DNA of 64,000 nucleotides from Occultella glacieicola. Its GTDB lineage: Bacteria > Actinomycetota > Actinomycetes > Actinomycetales > Beutenbergiaceae. Made by a program: the position numbers and the translations under genes. The notes under the pieces were generated by a model that was not told the origin of the DNA, made no database searches, and was given only the letters and a program-made list of their open reading frames with translations. The stretch is taken from positions 62,001-126,000 of the forward strand of contig NZ_SMNA01000001.1 in NCBI RefSeq assembly GCF_004353825.1. Direction: 5' to 3'. The stretch's first letter is position 1, and each line of letters opens with the position of its first letter. Below are positions 27,463 to 36,977 of this stretch, piece by piece.

Positions 27463-28623
27463 TCAGATCGGGCCGGGCGCCTGCGAGCGGACCACCCGTA
27501 GGTGGCCGGTCGAGGAGTCCCGGACCCGGACGCCGACCGGCAGCACGACATGCTCCACGTCCCCGGCGTCCGGCTCGGCGATGCGGCGCGCAAGGATCGT
27601 CATCGCCTGGCGCCCCATCTCCTCCGACGGCAGGATCGCCGAGACGAGCGTAAGCGGCGGCAGGTCCAGCGGTCCGCCGTCATCCATCCCGGCCAACTCG
27701 ATCTCGTCCGGGATCTCCACCCCGAGCGCGGCCAGGTCGTGCACCGCACTGGCGAGCACGTACCCGTTCGCGCACATGATCGCCGTCGGTGGTTCCGGCA
27801 GGGCCAGCAGTTCGCGGACCGTCTCGATCCGGGAGCCGGAGGGCGAGCCGAGGTAGGGACGCAGGACCGAGAACTCACGGCGTTGCCGGATCCCGTGCTG
27901 TTGCAACGCCTGCAGGTGCCCGGCGAGACGATCCCGAACGCTCGTCGAGTCGGTCTCCTCCCACAGGACCGCGATCCGCGTGTGGCCGGCGGCGATCAGG
28001 TGCTCGGTGAGCTGGAAACCGACGGCGAAGTTGTCCGCCACGACCGCGTCGGCGACGACGTCCTGGCGGTATCGGTCGACCATCACCATCGGGACGCCCC
28101 GGCGGCGCATCCCCTCCAGTGCCGGTAGCGGCGCTCGACCCTCCACGGGATAGAGCACCACACCGGCGGCACCGCCGCGTGCCGCCCGCAGCAGCGCCCG
28201 CTCCTCGAGATCGGGATCGCCCTTGGTGTCCGAGAGGAACATCCGATAGCCGAGCTCCGCGCAGACCGACTCGACACCGCGGATCAGGCGAGCGGCATGC
28301 GGGCTCCGGTCGTGCAGCAGCGACAGCACACACATGATCGAGGCGTCCGCGCCGTCCGCGCCGTCCTTGGTCGGCCGGGCCGTCCTCGGACCCTCGGCGA
28401 CGAACGTCCCCTTGCCGCGTCGGCGCACGAGCAGTCCGTCGACGACGAGATCGTTCAGTGCCTTGACGGCGGTCGTGTTGCTGACGCCGAACCGCTCGCG
28501 GAGCTCTCGCTGGGTGATGAACGGTTCACCGGGCGTGTACTCGCCGGCCGCGATGGCGCGGAGCAGTTCGGACTTCACGTTCTGATACAGCGGGACCCGC
28601 GGATCCCCATTCCGTTCACTCAC
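27463..28623 (-). CDS. GntR-HTH plus LacI-type sugar-binding domain regulator (AraR-like)
   Basis: PLYQ..K, 'ELRERFGVSNTTAVKAL', RRRGKGTFV; C-terminal MVDR, V.ADN, HL...GH.RI. Confidence 0.88.
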   Translation of the reverse strand: MSERNGDPRVPLYQNVKSELLRAIAAGEYTPGEPFITQRELRERFGVSNTTAVKALNDLVVDGLLVRRRGKGTFVAEGPRTARPTKDGADGADASIMCVLSLLHDRSPHAARLIRGVESVCAELGYRMFLSDTKGDPDLEERALLRAARGGAAGVVLYPVEGRAPLPALEGMRRRGVPMVMVDRYRQDVVADAVVADNFAVGFQLTEHLIAAGHTRIAVLWEETDSTSVRDRLAGHLQALQQHGIRQRREFSVLRPYLGSPSGSRIETVRELLALPEPPTAIMCANGYVLASAVHDLAALGVEIPDEIELAGMDDGGPLDLPPLTLVSAILPSEEMGRQAMTILARRIAEPDAGDVEHVVLPVGVRVRDSSTGHLRVVRSQAPGPI

Positions 28624-28677
28624 CTGCCACCTCCCGCTGGACGGCCGTGCGACGACCTGATCTCACCCTGGCACCCA

Positions 28678-28707
28678 TTGACATGTCAAAAGGGCTAAAG
28701 TTAGTGT
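28678..28707 (+). promoter_or_regulatory. Promoter TTGACA-N18-TAGTGT with perfect palindrome TTGACATGTCAA (28678-28689)
   Basis: Read directly in the divergent gntR/dgoD intergenic region. Confidence 0.65.
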
Positions 28708-28812
28708 AAACGAGCCCGTGGATCCGGGTGCCTCGAACGAGGCGGACCACCTCGCCAGCGTCGGCGCCACCAGCCGCGCCGCCCTCACCATGCACTCAAG
28801 GAGCCCGAAAGC

Positions 28813-29949
28813 ATGCGGATCGTGGACATCGAGACGTTCCAGGTCCCACCCCGCTGGCTGTTCGTTCGGTTGGCCACCGACGAGGGCGTGGTCGGGTGGG
28901 GCGAGCCGATCGTCGAGGGTCGCGCCGAGGCCGTGCAGGCAGGCGTCGACATCCTCGCCGAGTACCTGATCGGCAAGGACCCGCTGCGGATCGCCGACCA
29001 CTGGCAGGTGATGTCCAAGTCCGGCTTCTACCGCGGTGGCCCGGTGCTGTCCTCGGCGGTGGCCGGCCTCGACCAGGCGTTGTGGGACATCGCCGGCAAG
29101 GCCCGCGGCGTGCCCGTGCACGAACTGCTCGGTGGCCCGGTCAGGGACCGGGTGCGGGTCTACACCGCGGCTCACGGTGACACCCCCGCCGACGTGGCCG
29201 ACCATGCGGCCCGGCTCGTCGCCGACGGGTTCACCGCCGTGAAGGTCACCCCGACCGGCAGGCTGGGCTTCCTTGACGACCGCGCCGCCATCCGCGGCAT
29301 GCACGAACTCCTCGACCCGCTCCGGGACGCGCTCGGGGATGCCGACCTCGCCATGGACCTGCACGGCCGGTTCTCCCTGCCGATGGCCCGGCGGGTGCTG
29401 CCGCTGCTCGCCGAGTACCTCCCGTTGTTCATCGAGGAACCGGTGCTACCCGAGTACACGGTTCACCTCGGCCGACTCACGGCCGCCACCAGCGCGCCGA
29501 TCGCGACCGGGGAGCGGCTGTACTCGGTCGGGGAGTTCCGTCTGGCGTTGGACGCCGGCATCTCGGTCGCCCAGCCGGACCTGTCGCACGCGGGTGGGAT
29601 CAGCGAGACGATGCGGATCGCGGCCCTGGCCTCCGCCTACGACGTCGCGCTCGCACCGCACTGCCCGCTCGGCCCGATCGCGCTCGCGTCGTGCCTGCAG
29701 ATCGGCTTCACGGTGCCGAACTACCTGATCCAGGAACTGCCGTTCAGCACTTACGACGACGCCGGCGACGCCCCGTACCTCACCGACCCCGGGCCGTTGA
29801 GGATCAACTCCGGCCACATCGAACGACTCACCGGCCCGGGCCTGGGCATCGACATCGACGAGGCCGCGGTCCGCGCGGCCGCGGCCCAGCCGCACCGGTG
29901 GCGACCACCGCTGTGGCGACACGACGACGGCTCCTTCGCGGAGTGGTGA
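28813..29949 (+). CDS. dgoD: Galactonate dehydratase-like enolase-superfamily enzyme
   Basis: PPRWLF, GWGEP, FYRGGP, DLHGR, FIEEP, TGERL, APHCPLGP, C-terminal WRHDDGSFAEW. Confidence 0.8.
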   Translation: MRIVDIETFQVPPRWLFVRLATDEGVVGWGEPIVEGRAEAVQAGVDILAEYLIGKDPLRIADHWQVMSKSGFYRGGPVLSSAVAGLDQALWDIAGKARGVPVHELLGGPVRDRVRVYTAAHGDTPADVADHAARLVADGFTAVKVTPTGRLGFLDDRAAIRGMHELLDPLRDALGDADLAMDLHGRFSLPMARRVLPLLAEYLPLFIEEPVLPEYTVHLGRLTAATSAPIATGERLYSVGEFRLALDAGISVAQPDLSHAGGISETMRIAALASAYDVALAPHCPLGPIALASCLQIGFTVPNYLIQELPFSTYDDAGDAPYLTDPGPLRINSGHIERLTGPGLGIDIDEAAVRAAAAQPHRWRPPLWRHDDGSFAEW

Positions 29950-29953
29950 CGGC

Positions 29954-31558
29954 GTGGTCGACGCACGAGAGCTCGACACCGACATCCTCGTCGTCGGCGG
30001 CGGCATCGGCGGGGTCGCCGCCGCGCTGACCGGCGCCCGCCTGCGCCGACGGGTCGTCCTGACCGAGCCGACCGACTGGCTGGGTGGCCAGCTCACCAGC
30101 CAGGCCGTGCCACCGGACGAGAACCGCTGGATCGACACCGAGCACACGGCCGCCGGATACACGCGCCTACGGGAGGCCATCCGCGGCTACTACCGGCGTG
30201 GCTACCCCCTGACTCCGGAGGCGGCTGCGAACCCGACCCTCAATCCCGGGCTCGGTTTCGTGAGCCGGCTCTGCCATGAACCGCGCGCGGCGCTCGCGGC
30301 GATCGATGAGCTGCTGGCCCCGTGGCGCTCCTCCGGCCGGCTCACGGTCCTGACCGAGCACGAACCGATCGCGGCCGAGACGACCGGCGACCGCATCGAC
30401 GCCGTCACGCTGCGCGGACCTGCAGGCGACGTCACGATCACCGCCTCCTACGTGCTGGATGCCAGCGAACTCGGTGATGTGCTCGCGCTGGCCGGGGTCG
30501 AGCACGTCATCGGGGCCGAGGGCCAGGACACCACCGGAGAGCTCCACGCGCCCGCGAGCGCCGACCCGCTCGATCAGCAGGCGATCTCGTGGTGCTTCGC
30601 CGTGGACTACCACCCGGGCGAGGACCACACGATCTCCCGACCGGCCGGCTACGACCACTGGCGCTCGGCCGTGCCGGAGTTCTGGCCCGGCCCGCAGTTG
30701 TCCTGGACCGACGTCGATCCGATCACGCTCGAACAGCGCAGCCGCCCGATCTTCCTCGGCGAGCCGGACAGCGCCCGGGAGCCGGACCTGTGGCACTACC
30801 GCCGGATCCTCGCGCGCCGCCAGTTCACGCCGGGCGCCTTCGACAGCGACATCAGCCTCGTGAACTGGCCGCAGGTCGACTACTGGGACGGGCCTCTGCT
30901 CGGCGTCGACGAGACGGCACGGGCAGCAGCCCTCGCCGGCGCACGCGACCTATCCCTGTCCTTCCTGTACTGGATGCAGACCGAGGCACCACGGCACGAC
31001 GGGGACGGGCAGGGCTATTCGGGCCTGCGCCTGCGCGGGGACGTCCTCGGCACCCTCGACGGGCTCGCCAAGGCTCCCTACATCCGGGAGTCACGCCGCA
31101 TCCGGGCCGAGTTCACGATCCTCGAGCAGCACGTCGGAGTCGATGCCCGCCGACCTGGCGCCGGCAGCGAGGTCTTCCCCGACAGCGTCGGCATCGGCCA
31201 CTACCGCATCGACCTGCACCCGAGCACGGCCGGCCGCACCTACGTGGACATCGAGTCCTACCCGTTCCAGATCCCCCTCGGTGCACTCATCCCGATACGC
31301 GTCGACAACCTGCTCGCGGCGGGCAAGACGCTCGGTGCCACCCACATCACCAACGGCTGCTACCGACTGCACCCTGTCGAGTGGTCCGTCGGTGAGGCGG
31401 CCGGCGCCCTGGCGGCCTTCTGCCTCGAGCGCGACGTCCCGCCCAGCAAGGTCCGGGCCGATGGCACCCACGTCGGCGACTACCAGAGGCTGCTCGCCGA
31501 CACGCTCGGCGTCACGCTCGCCTGGCCGGACGAGATCCGCACCTACCGCGCTACCTGA
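29954..31558 (+). CDS. FAD-dependent oxidoreductase (PF12831-like)
   Basis: GGGIGGVAAA, WLGGQLTSQAV, DASELGD, PYIRESRR, FQIPLGALIP, YRLHPVEW. Confidence 0.85.
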   Translation: MVDARELDTDILVVGGGIGGVAAALTGARLRRRVVLTEPTDWLGGQLTSQAVPPDENRWIDTEHTAAGYTRLREAIRGYYRRGYPLTPEAAANPTLNPGLGFVSRLCHEPRAALAAIDELLAPWRSSGRLTVLTEHEPIAAETTGDRIDAVTLRGPAGDVTITASYVLDASELGDVLALAGVEHVIGAEGQDTTGELHAPASADPLDQQAISWCFAVDYHPGEDHTISRPAGYDHWRSAVPEFWPGPQLSWTDVDPITLEQRSRPIFLGEPDSAREPDLWHYRRILARRQFTPGAFDSDISLVNWPQVDYWDGPLLGVDETARAAALAGARDLSLSFLYWMQTEAPRHDGDGQGYSGLRLRGDVLGTLDGLAKAPYIRESRRIRAEFTILEQHVGVDARRPGAGSEVFPDSVGIGHYRIDLHPSTAGRTYVDIESYPFQIPLGALIPIRVDNLLAAGKTLGATHITNGCYRLHPVEWSVGEAAGALAAFCLERDVPPSKVRADGTHVGDYQRLLADTLGVTLAWPDEIRTYRAT

Positions 31559-31682
31559 GCGACCGGACGCGTCGGTCGGCGAGCACCGCGGACGTGGGCA
31601 GACCGCGATCCCGGAGTCGTCCTGAGACGACGGCGCCCTCTCCGTGCGCCGTCCCACACTCTGGGAGGATTTGGGCAACCCA

Positions 31683-31711
31683 TTGCATTCATAGCCATGC
31701 GGGCCTAATTT
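31683..31711 (+). promoter_or_regulatory. Putative promoter TTGCAT-N17-TAATTT for the pectate lyase gene
   Basis: AT-rich patch with canonical spacing about 100 nt upstream of ATG 31809. Confidence 0.5.
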
Positions 31712-31808
31712 TCTATGCACCGAGATCGAGAGGCGACGGGGCGCCCGACCGGTGCGCCGTCTCCAGCCAGAGCACAGTCACCGCGCGATGCCGCGCACAG
31801 GAGGCCGC

Positions 31809-34187
31809 ATGTCCGCACGATCCGAGCACGTCGACCATGCCCGAGACGGTCTAGACCGCCGTCACTTCGTCCTCGGCGGGGCCGTGCTCACGGGCACGGC
31901 GCTCGCCGGCCTGCACGCGCTCCGTCCGGCGGCGGCCGCACCACCGTCCGGACCACGGCCGGCGATGCCGCCGCAGCCGGATGCGGTCGTGGGCAACACG
32001 GTGCCGGCCTTTCCCGGCTGCGAGGGAGCCGGCAAGTTCACCACCGGCGGTCGCGGCCACGAGGTCGTCGAGGTCACCTCGCTCGACGACTCCGGGCCGG
32101 GAACTCTGCGCGAGGCGCTCGAGGCCGGCGACCGCACCATCGTGTTCGGCGTCGGTGGAACGATCTCGCTGGAGTCCGGTCTCACCGTGACCGGTGGCAA
32201 CACCACGATCGCCGGCCAGACCGCGCCCGGCGGCGGCATCGCCATCATCGGCAACGAGTTCAAGATCGATGCCGACAACGTGATCGTGCGCTACCTCCGT
32301 GTCCGCGCCGGCGACGGCGCCAACCCGGGCGGCATCGACACCTTCAACGGACGCGGGCGGCGCAACATCGTCGTCGACCACTGTTCGGTCGGCTGGGGTA
32401 TCGACGAGTGCCTGTCGCTTTACGGCAACTACGACGTCACCGTGAGCAACTGCATCATCCACGAGGGCCTGGCGATGTCCACCCACCTCAAGGGGTTGCA
32501 CGGGTACGGCGGGCTCTGGGGCGGTGAGAACATCACCTATCACAACAACCTGCTCGTCCATCAGGGTGGCCGCAACCCGCGCTTCAGCTTCACCGAGGAC
32601 ATGGAGATGCGCGTCGACCACCGCAACAACGTCGTGTACAACCACGGCTTCAGCTCGCTCTACGGGGCCGAGTGGTGTGAGGGGATCAACGTCGTCGGGA
32701 ACTACTACAAGCCCGGTCCGGACACCTTGGGCAGCATCGAACGCCACATCATCGAGCCCTACCGCGGCGGCAGTTGGTACGTGGCGGGCAATGCGGTCGA
32801 AGGTCACCCCGACGTCACCGAGGACAACACCCTCGGCATCTCCTACCAGGTGGTCGGGCAGGCGGCGGATCCGTCGCTGACCCCCCAGGTCGGCGGAATC
32901 GTCAACGTGCCGGGTGGCGGCATCAACCTGCTCGACGCACCCGCGACGATCTCCTACCCCCTGACGGAGACGCTCTCGGCCGAGGATGCCTACGAGGCCG
33001 TGCTGGCCGGCGTCGGTGCGAGTCTGCCCTTCTACGACTCCGTCGACGCGCGGCTCCTCCACGAGGTCCGCACCGGCACCGGGCGGCTGATCAACTCCCA
33101 GAACGAGGTCGGCGGCTACCCGGTGCTCGACGGCGGCGACCCGCCCCTCGACAGCGACCAGGACGGCATCCCGGACGACTGGGAGAACGCGCAGGGTCTC
33201 GATCCCGACGACCCGGCCGACGGCGCCGCGATCGGCAGTGATGGCTACAGCAACCTCGAGCGGTACCTCAACTCGATCACCAGCGAGATCGACGGCTACC
33301 CGTCGGTCGCCGTGACCAGCCCCGAGCCCAACCTGGTCACCTCGGCCGGGCGCGCCACCCAGTCGCTCCGGGTGTTCGCCGAGGCGACCACCGTCGAGGG
33401 CGCGACGATCACCGCGGTGGAGTTCTACTCGAACGGGGAGAAGATCGGTGAAGCCACCCGGGCGCCCTACCGGGTCACCTGGGACGCCCCGGTCGGGACC
33501 TGGTACCTCTCGGCACGGGTGATCGACAGCCGCGGCGTCAAGGTCCACTCGACCGCCGTACCGATCCACGTCAACCAGACCTCGGGGACCGGCGACTGGA
33601 CCTCGGGCGACGTCGGAGCGGTGCCGCTGGTCGGCTCGGCGTACCGCGACCCCACCTCCGGCGACATCACGATCACGGGCTCCGGCAAGGTACGCGGCCG
33701 GACCGACGCGTTCCAGTTCCTGTACCAGGAGCTCCGGGCCAGACCCGATGACACGGTCGAGATCATGGGCCGGATCGACTCGGTGAGCCGTCCGTGGGAC
33801 GGCATCTTCGCCGGCTTCATGTTCCGGGAGACCCTGGACGAGGACTCACGCTACTTCGCCGGCGGTCTCCAGGTCGCTCGTGACGGGCTCAAGGGGCACG
33901 TCACCCGGATCCAGTCGCACGGGCCCGGTCCCAGCATCGGCTCCTACCCCTACGAGGAGGACGAGGTGCTCGACGTCGAGCCGCAGTGGATCCGGCTGGT
34001 CAAGCGCGGCCTCGAGTTCGAGGCCTTCCTGAGCCCGGACTCCCTCCAGTGGACCCGGATCGGGTACGAACGGATCCCGATGCGGAACCGGATCTTCGTC
34101 GGCATGGTGATCGACGCCAACCAGCAGGACAACGCGATCGCCAACTACGCCACCGGGACGTTCCACAACGTGCGGGTCAGCAGCTAG
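31809..34187 (+). CDS. Tat-secreted pectate lyase (PL1) with Ig-like and C-terminal beta-sandwich domains
   Basis: DRRHFVLG Tat signal; AFPGCEGAGKFTTGGRG, TIAGQTAPG, VDHCS.GWGIDE, RNPRF; Ca-binding DSDQDGIPDDWE. Confidence 0.85.
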   Translation: MSARSEHVDHARDGLDRRHFVLGGAVLTGTALAGLHALRPAAAAPPSGPRPAMPPQPDAVVGNTVPAFPGCEGAGKFTTGGRGHEVVEVTSLDDSGPGTLREALEAGDRTIVFGVGGTISLESGLTVTGGNTTIAGQTAPGGGIAIIGNEFKIDADNVIVRYLRVRAGDGANPGGIDTFNGRGRRNIVVDHCSVGWGIDECLSLYGNYDVTVSNCIIHEGLAMSTHLKGLHGYGGLWGGENITYHNNLLVHQGGRNPRFSFTEDMEMRVDHRNNVVYNHGFSSLYGAEWCEGINVVGNYYKPGPDTLGSIERHIIEPYRGGSWYVAGNAVEGHPDVTEDNTLGISYQVVGQAADPSLTPQVGGIVNVPGGGINLLDAPATISYPLTETLSAEDAYEAVLAGVGASLPFYDSVDARLLHEVRTGTGRLINSQNEVGGYPVLDGGDPPLDSDQDGIPDDWENAQGLDPDDPADGAAIGSDGYSNLERYLNSITSEIDGYPSVAVTSPEPNLVTSAGRATQSLRVFAEATTVEGATITAVEFYSNGEKIGEATRAPYRVTWDAPVGTWYLSARVIDSRGVKVHSTAVPIHVNQTSGTGDWTSGDVGAVPLVGSAYRDPTSGDITITGSGKVRGRTDAFQFLYQELRARPDDTVEIMGRIDSVSRPWDGIFAGFMFRETLDEDSRYFAGGLQVARDGLKGHVTRIQSHGPGPSIGSYPYEEDEVLDVEPQWIRLVKRGLEFEAFLSPDSLQWTRIGYERIPMRNRIFVGMVIDANQQDNAIANYATGTFHNVRVSS

Positions 34188-34202
34188 CACTCGACGCGAG
34201 CG

Positions 34203-34240
34203 GCGCCGTTCTCGTGGGAAGGCACCCACGAGGACGGCGC
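34203..34240 (+). terminator. Terminator-like hairpin after the pectate lyase
   Basis: GCGCCGTTCTCGTGGG-N6-CCCACGAGGACGGCGC, a 16-bp stem with one G-U pair. Confidence 0.65.
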
Positions 34241-34503
34241 GTCGTCGGAGTCGCTCGACCACCGTGATGCTCGTGCTGAGCCTCGTGGCGCCCATCCGGG
34301 GCTGGACCAGGCGACACGTGAGGGCGCGTTGCCCAGGACCCCGGACGGTAGGTCCCTGGGTTGGTTCGCGCCGGAGTTCGGACGGTAGGGGAGACTGCAG
34401 GGGATCAGGGTGTCGGTGAGGTGGCGATCGCCTCCCCTGGGTCCTACGCAAGGACCCGGCTCGGCGACGTCGGCCCGACTGCCTGGTTGCCGAGGTCGAC
34501 CCG

Positions 34504-35667
34504 TCAGGCCGGCGGGTTCCAGCCCATGACGGCGTCGGCGCCCCGTGAGATCGCGCTCGTGGGAGTCCTTCGGAACAGCGCGTTGCGAACGCCCTGGAAC
34601 CGCGGACCGAGGTGGGAGCCGACCCGGGCCGTGACGAGCGCGGTGCGGGAGATCGCACGGCAGCGTGGCCGCCGCTGCGAGTCGTAGTCCGCGAGGGCCG
34701 CGGCCAACGGACGCCCCGCTACGACCGGGGCACCGACCAGCCTGGCGACGCTGATGCCGTCCTCCAGAGCGGTGGCAGCGCCCTGCCCGACGGTCGGGAG
34801 GCCACCGTGGGCGGCGTCTCCGGTGGCGGCGACCCGGCCGATGACGTAGCGGGGCATACCTCCTGGCAGGTGCAGGACGTCGTGACGCATCACCGCCCCC
34901 GGGTCCGTCTGCTCGATCATGTCGACGACCTCGGGCGCCCAGTCGGCGAACCGGTCCCGGGCCGCCGCATGCTCGTCCGGCAGCCGGACCCCCTCGGGCA
35001 TCTTCACGTACCCGTACCAGTAGGTCTGATCCGGTCCGACCGGCATCGCCCCGAACTCCGCGTGCGGCCCCCAGTACTGACGCAGCACGGCCGGCCGCAG
35101 CGCCAGCGGTGTCACAGCCCGCCAGCTGGAGTAGCCCGAGTAGACCGCTCGCGCGGACGGCGTCAGCGCGGTGCGCACGGCGCTCCGGACGCCGTCGGCG
35201 GCCACCACGAGATCTGCCGCATGCTGGGCGCCCGTCGTGAGCACCACGGCCTGCTCGCCGTCGGGTGATCCGGGGCGTGCGCCGGTGACCGTGATGCCTG
35301 TGACGAGGTCGACGCCCAGGTCGCGGACGCGCTGCAGCAGTGCCGAGTGCAGCCTGGCGCGGTGCACGCCTCGCATCGCGACGGCGTCGACGTCGTCCGC
35401 GATCGGACGAATCGGGCGACCGTGCAGGTCATATACGCCGCCCGCACGCGTCGGCACCCCGAGCGCCTCGATCGCGGAATCGTCGAACCCGAGTCCACGC
35501 AGCGCGGCGACGCCGTTGCGCGCGAGCGCGACGCCGGCGCCGACCTCGCCGAGCTCGGTGGCCTGCTCGAGCACGGTGACCTGCCAGCCCGCCTGCGCCA
35601 GGCCCAGGGCCGAGGCCAGGCCTGCGATGCCGCCTCCGGCCACCACTGCTGTCGATTCCATCGTCAC
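34504..35667 (-). CDS. FAD-dependent monooxygenase (aromatic hydroxylase family)
   Basis: GGGIAGL, ADGVRSAVR, GDAAH...GQGAATALEDG. Start is 35667 (GTG) or 35661 (ATG). Confidence 0.88.
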   Translation of the reverse strand: MTMESTAVVAGGGIAGLASALGLAQAGWQVTVLEQATELGEVGAGVALARNGVAALRGLGFDDSAIEALGVPTRAGGVYDLHGRPIRPIADDVDAVAMRGVHRARLHSALLQRVRDLGVDLVTGITVTGARPGSPDGEQAVVLTTGAQHAADLVVAADGVRSAVRTALTPSARAVYSGYSSWRAVTPLALRPAVLRQYWGPHAEFGAMPVGPDQTYWYGYVKMPEGVRLPDEHAAARDRFADWAPEVVDMIEQTDPGAVMRHDVLHLPGGMPRYVIGRVAATGDAAHGGLPTVGQGAATALEDGISVARLVGAPVVAGRPLAAALADYDSQRRPRCRAISRTALVTARVGSHLGPRFQGVRNALFRRTPTSAISRGADAVMGWNPPA

Positions 35668-35684
35668 TCCCGTCGAGCCCTATT

Positions 35685-35702
35685 CCACAACGTTTGTTGT
35701 GG
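35685..35702. promoter_or_regulatory. Palindromic operator CCACAAC-N4-GTTGTGG between the divergent monooxygenase and tetR
   Basis: Perfect 7-bp inverted repeat in a 59-nt divergent intergenic region. Confidence 0.6.
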
Positions 35703-35726
35703 CACACATGTTGTCATACTGGGCGA

Positions 35727-36329
35727 ATGCCCCGCACCAACCCCCAACGACGCGACGCCCTCGCCGACGCCGCCATTGCGATCACGGCGCTCGCCGGTGT
35801 CGGAGGGGTCACGCACCGCGCCGTCGATCGCGCGGCCCAGGTGCCGATCGGCACCACCGCGAACTACTTTCCCAGCCGTGACGAGCTGCTCAGCGCTGCA
35901 GCTCGCCGCGTCGCCGACGTCCACCTCGCCGAGTCGGCGGCCGCGACCGCCGCGGGCGCTGCGGGCGCTGCGAAGCAGGGCGGTGACGTGTCCGGCCACC
36001 TGACCGAACTGCTGACGGTCTCGCTCGTCGAGGCGGCCACCACGCAGCGGGCCCGCTACCTCGCGATCTATGAGTTGCAACTGGAGGCCCAACGGCGACC
36101 AGCGCTGGCCGCCGCGCTCGCCAGGCTGTCCGAGGCCGCCGAGGCGCAGACCCAGGCGATGCACCTGGCCCTCCGGGACGCCGGCGCCCCGCCCGGCGCG
36201 GTGCCGCTGCTGATCACGCTGTACGGTGGCGCACTGTTCATGCTGGTGACCGGGCCCGGCCCCGTCGACACCGCCGCGGTCCGACGCCTGGTCGAGGCGA
36301 TGGTCGCCGGCGCACGCAGCACCGGCTGA
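35727..36329 (+). CDS. TetR family transcriptional regulator
   Basis: 'GVTHRAVDRAAQVPIGTTANYFPSRDELL'; CATACT-N6-ATG. Confidence 0.88.
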   Translation: MPRTNPQRRDALADAAIAITALAGVGGVTHRAVDRAAQVPIGTTANYFPSRDELLSAAARRVADVHLAESAAATAAGAAGAAKQGGDVSGHLTELLTVSLVEAATTQRARYLAIYELQLEAQRRPALAAALARLSEAAEAQTQAMHLALRDAGAPPGAVPLLITLYGGALFMLVTGPGPVDTAAVRRLVEAMVAGARSTG

Positions 36330-36587
36330 CCGGAGCCGCAGACCGCCACCTGTGGCGCCGGTAGGAGTTGCGCCCGGCGGCGGCAGCGACTCGAGCACGG
36401 CTTGCGTGAGATGAGCACCCCTCGCCCGATCCGCACCGACGGAAGGCTTCCACCGGCGCATGCTCGCCGGAGACCGCGATAGTCGATCACCTAGGAGACC
36501 GGCCACTTCGGCAGGGCTGTCGTGGAGGCACGGGCCGTCGTCGTCGAGCGCACGCACCGCGCGTCCATAGGCGCATGGAGACAGAAC

Positions 36588-36632
36588 GAGACCGGCGGGA
36601 CCCCTACGTTTCGTTGGGATCCCGCCGGTCTC
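36588..36632 (-). terminator. Hairpin downstream of tRNA-Leu
   Basis: GAGACCGGCGGGA ... TCCCGCCGGTCTC, perfect 13-bp arms. Confidence 0.65.
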
Positions 36633-36635
36633 TGC

Positions 36636-36722
36636 TGGTGCGCGAGGGGGGAGTTGAACCCCCACGCCCTTTCGGGCACACGGACCTGAACCGTGCGCGT
36701 CTGCCTATTCCGCCACTCGCGC
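36636..36722 (-). tRNA. tRNA-Leu (CAG)
   Basis: GCGCGAG/CTCGCGC acceptor stem, CACGG-TT-CAG-GT-CCGTG anticodon arm, long variable arm, GGTTCAAC T-loop, encoded CCA. Confidence 0.96.
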
Positions 36723-36977
36723 GCGCCGCTACTCTCGGTGGCACGCCACCTCGATCAGCGTTCCGTAGATTATCACGATGCCCGGGTGTCTCCGGCCACC
36801 CGGAACCCCCCGCGCGGGCACGCCTTACCCCGTCAGGTCCCCATGACGTTTACGATCTGGGGTAACAGTGGGCGTTCGCCCGCATCCACGCTGCGCCCGA
36901 GGACGGTGCACGGTGGGTGTGGGTGAGCAACCACACAGTGGGCCGCCGGCCCACCGACAACTGGGAGGAGGTGCGCC

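Noticed and set aside
36330..36722. Integrative element at the tRNA-Leu 3' end
   Set aside because: No integrase or transposase, and I found no duplicated tRNA 3' end (att site) in the window.
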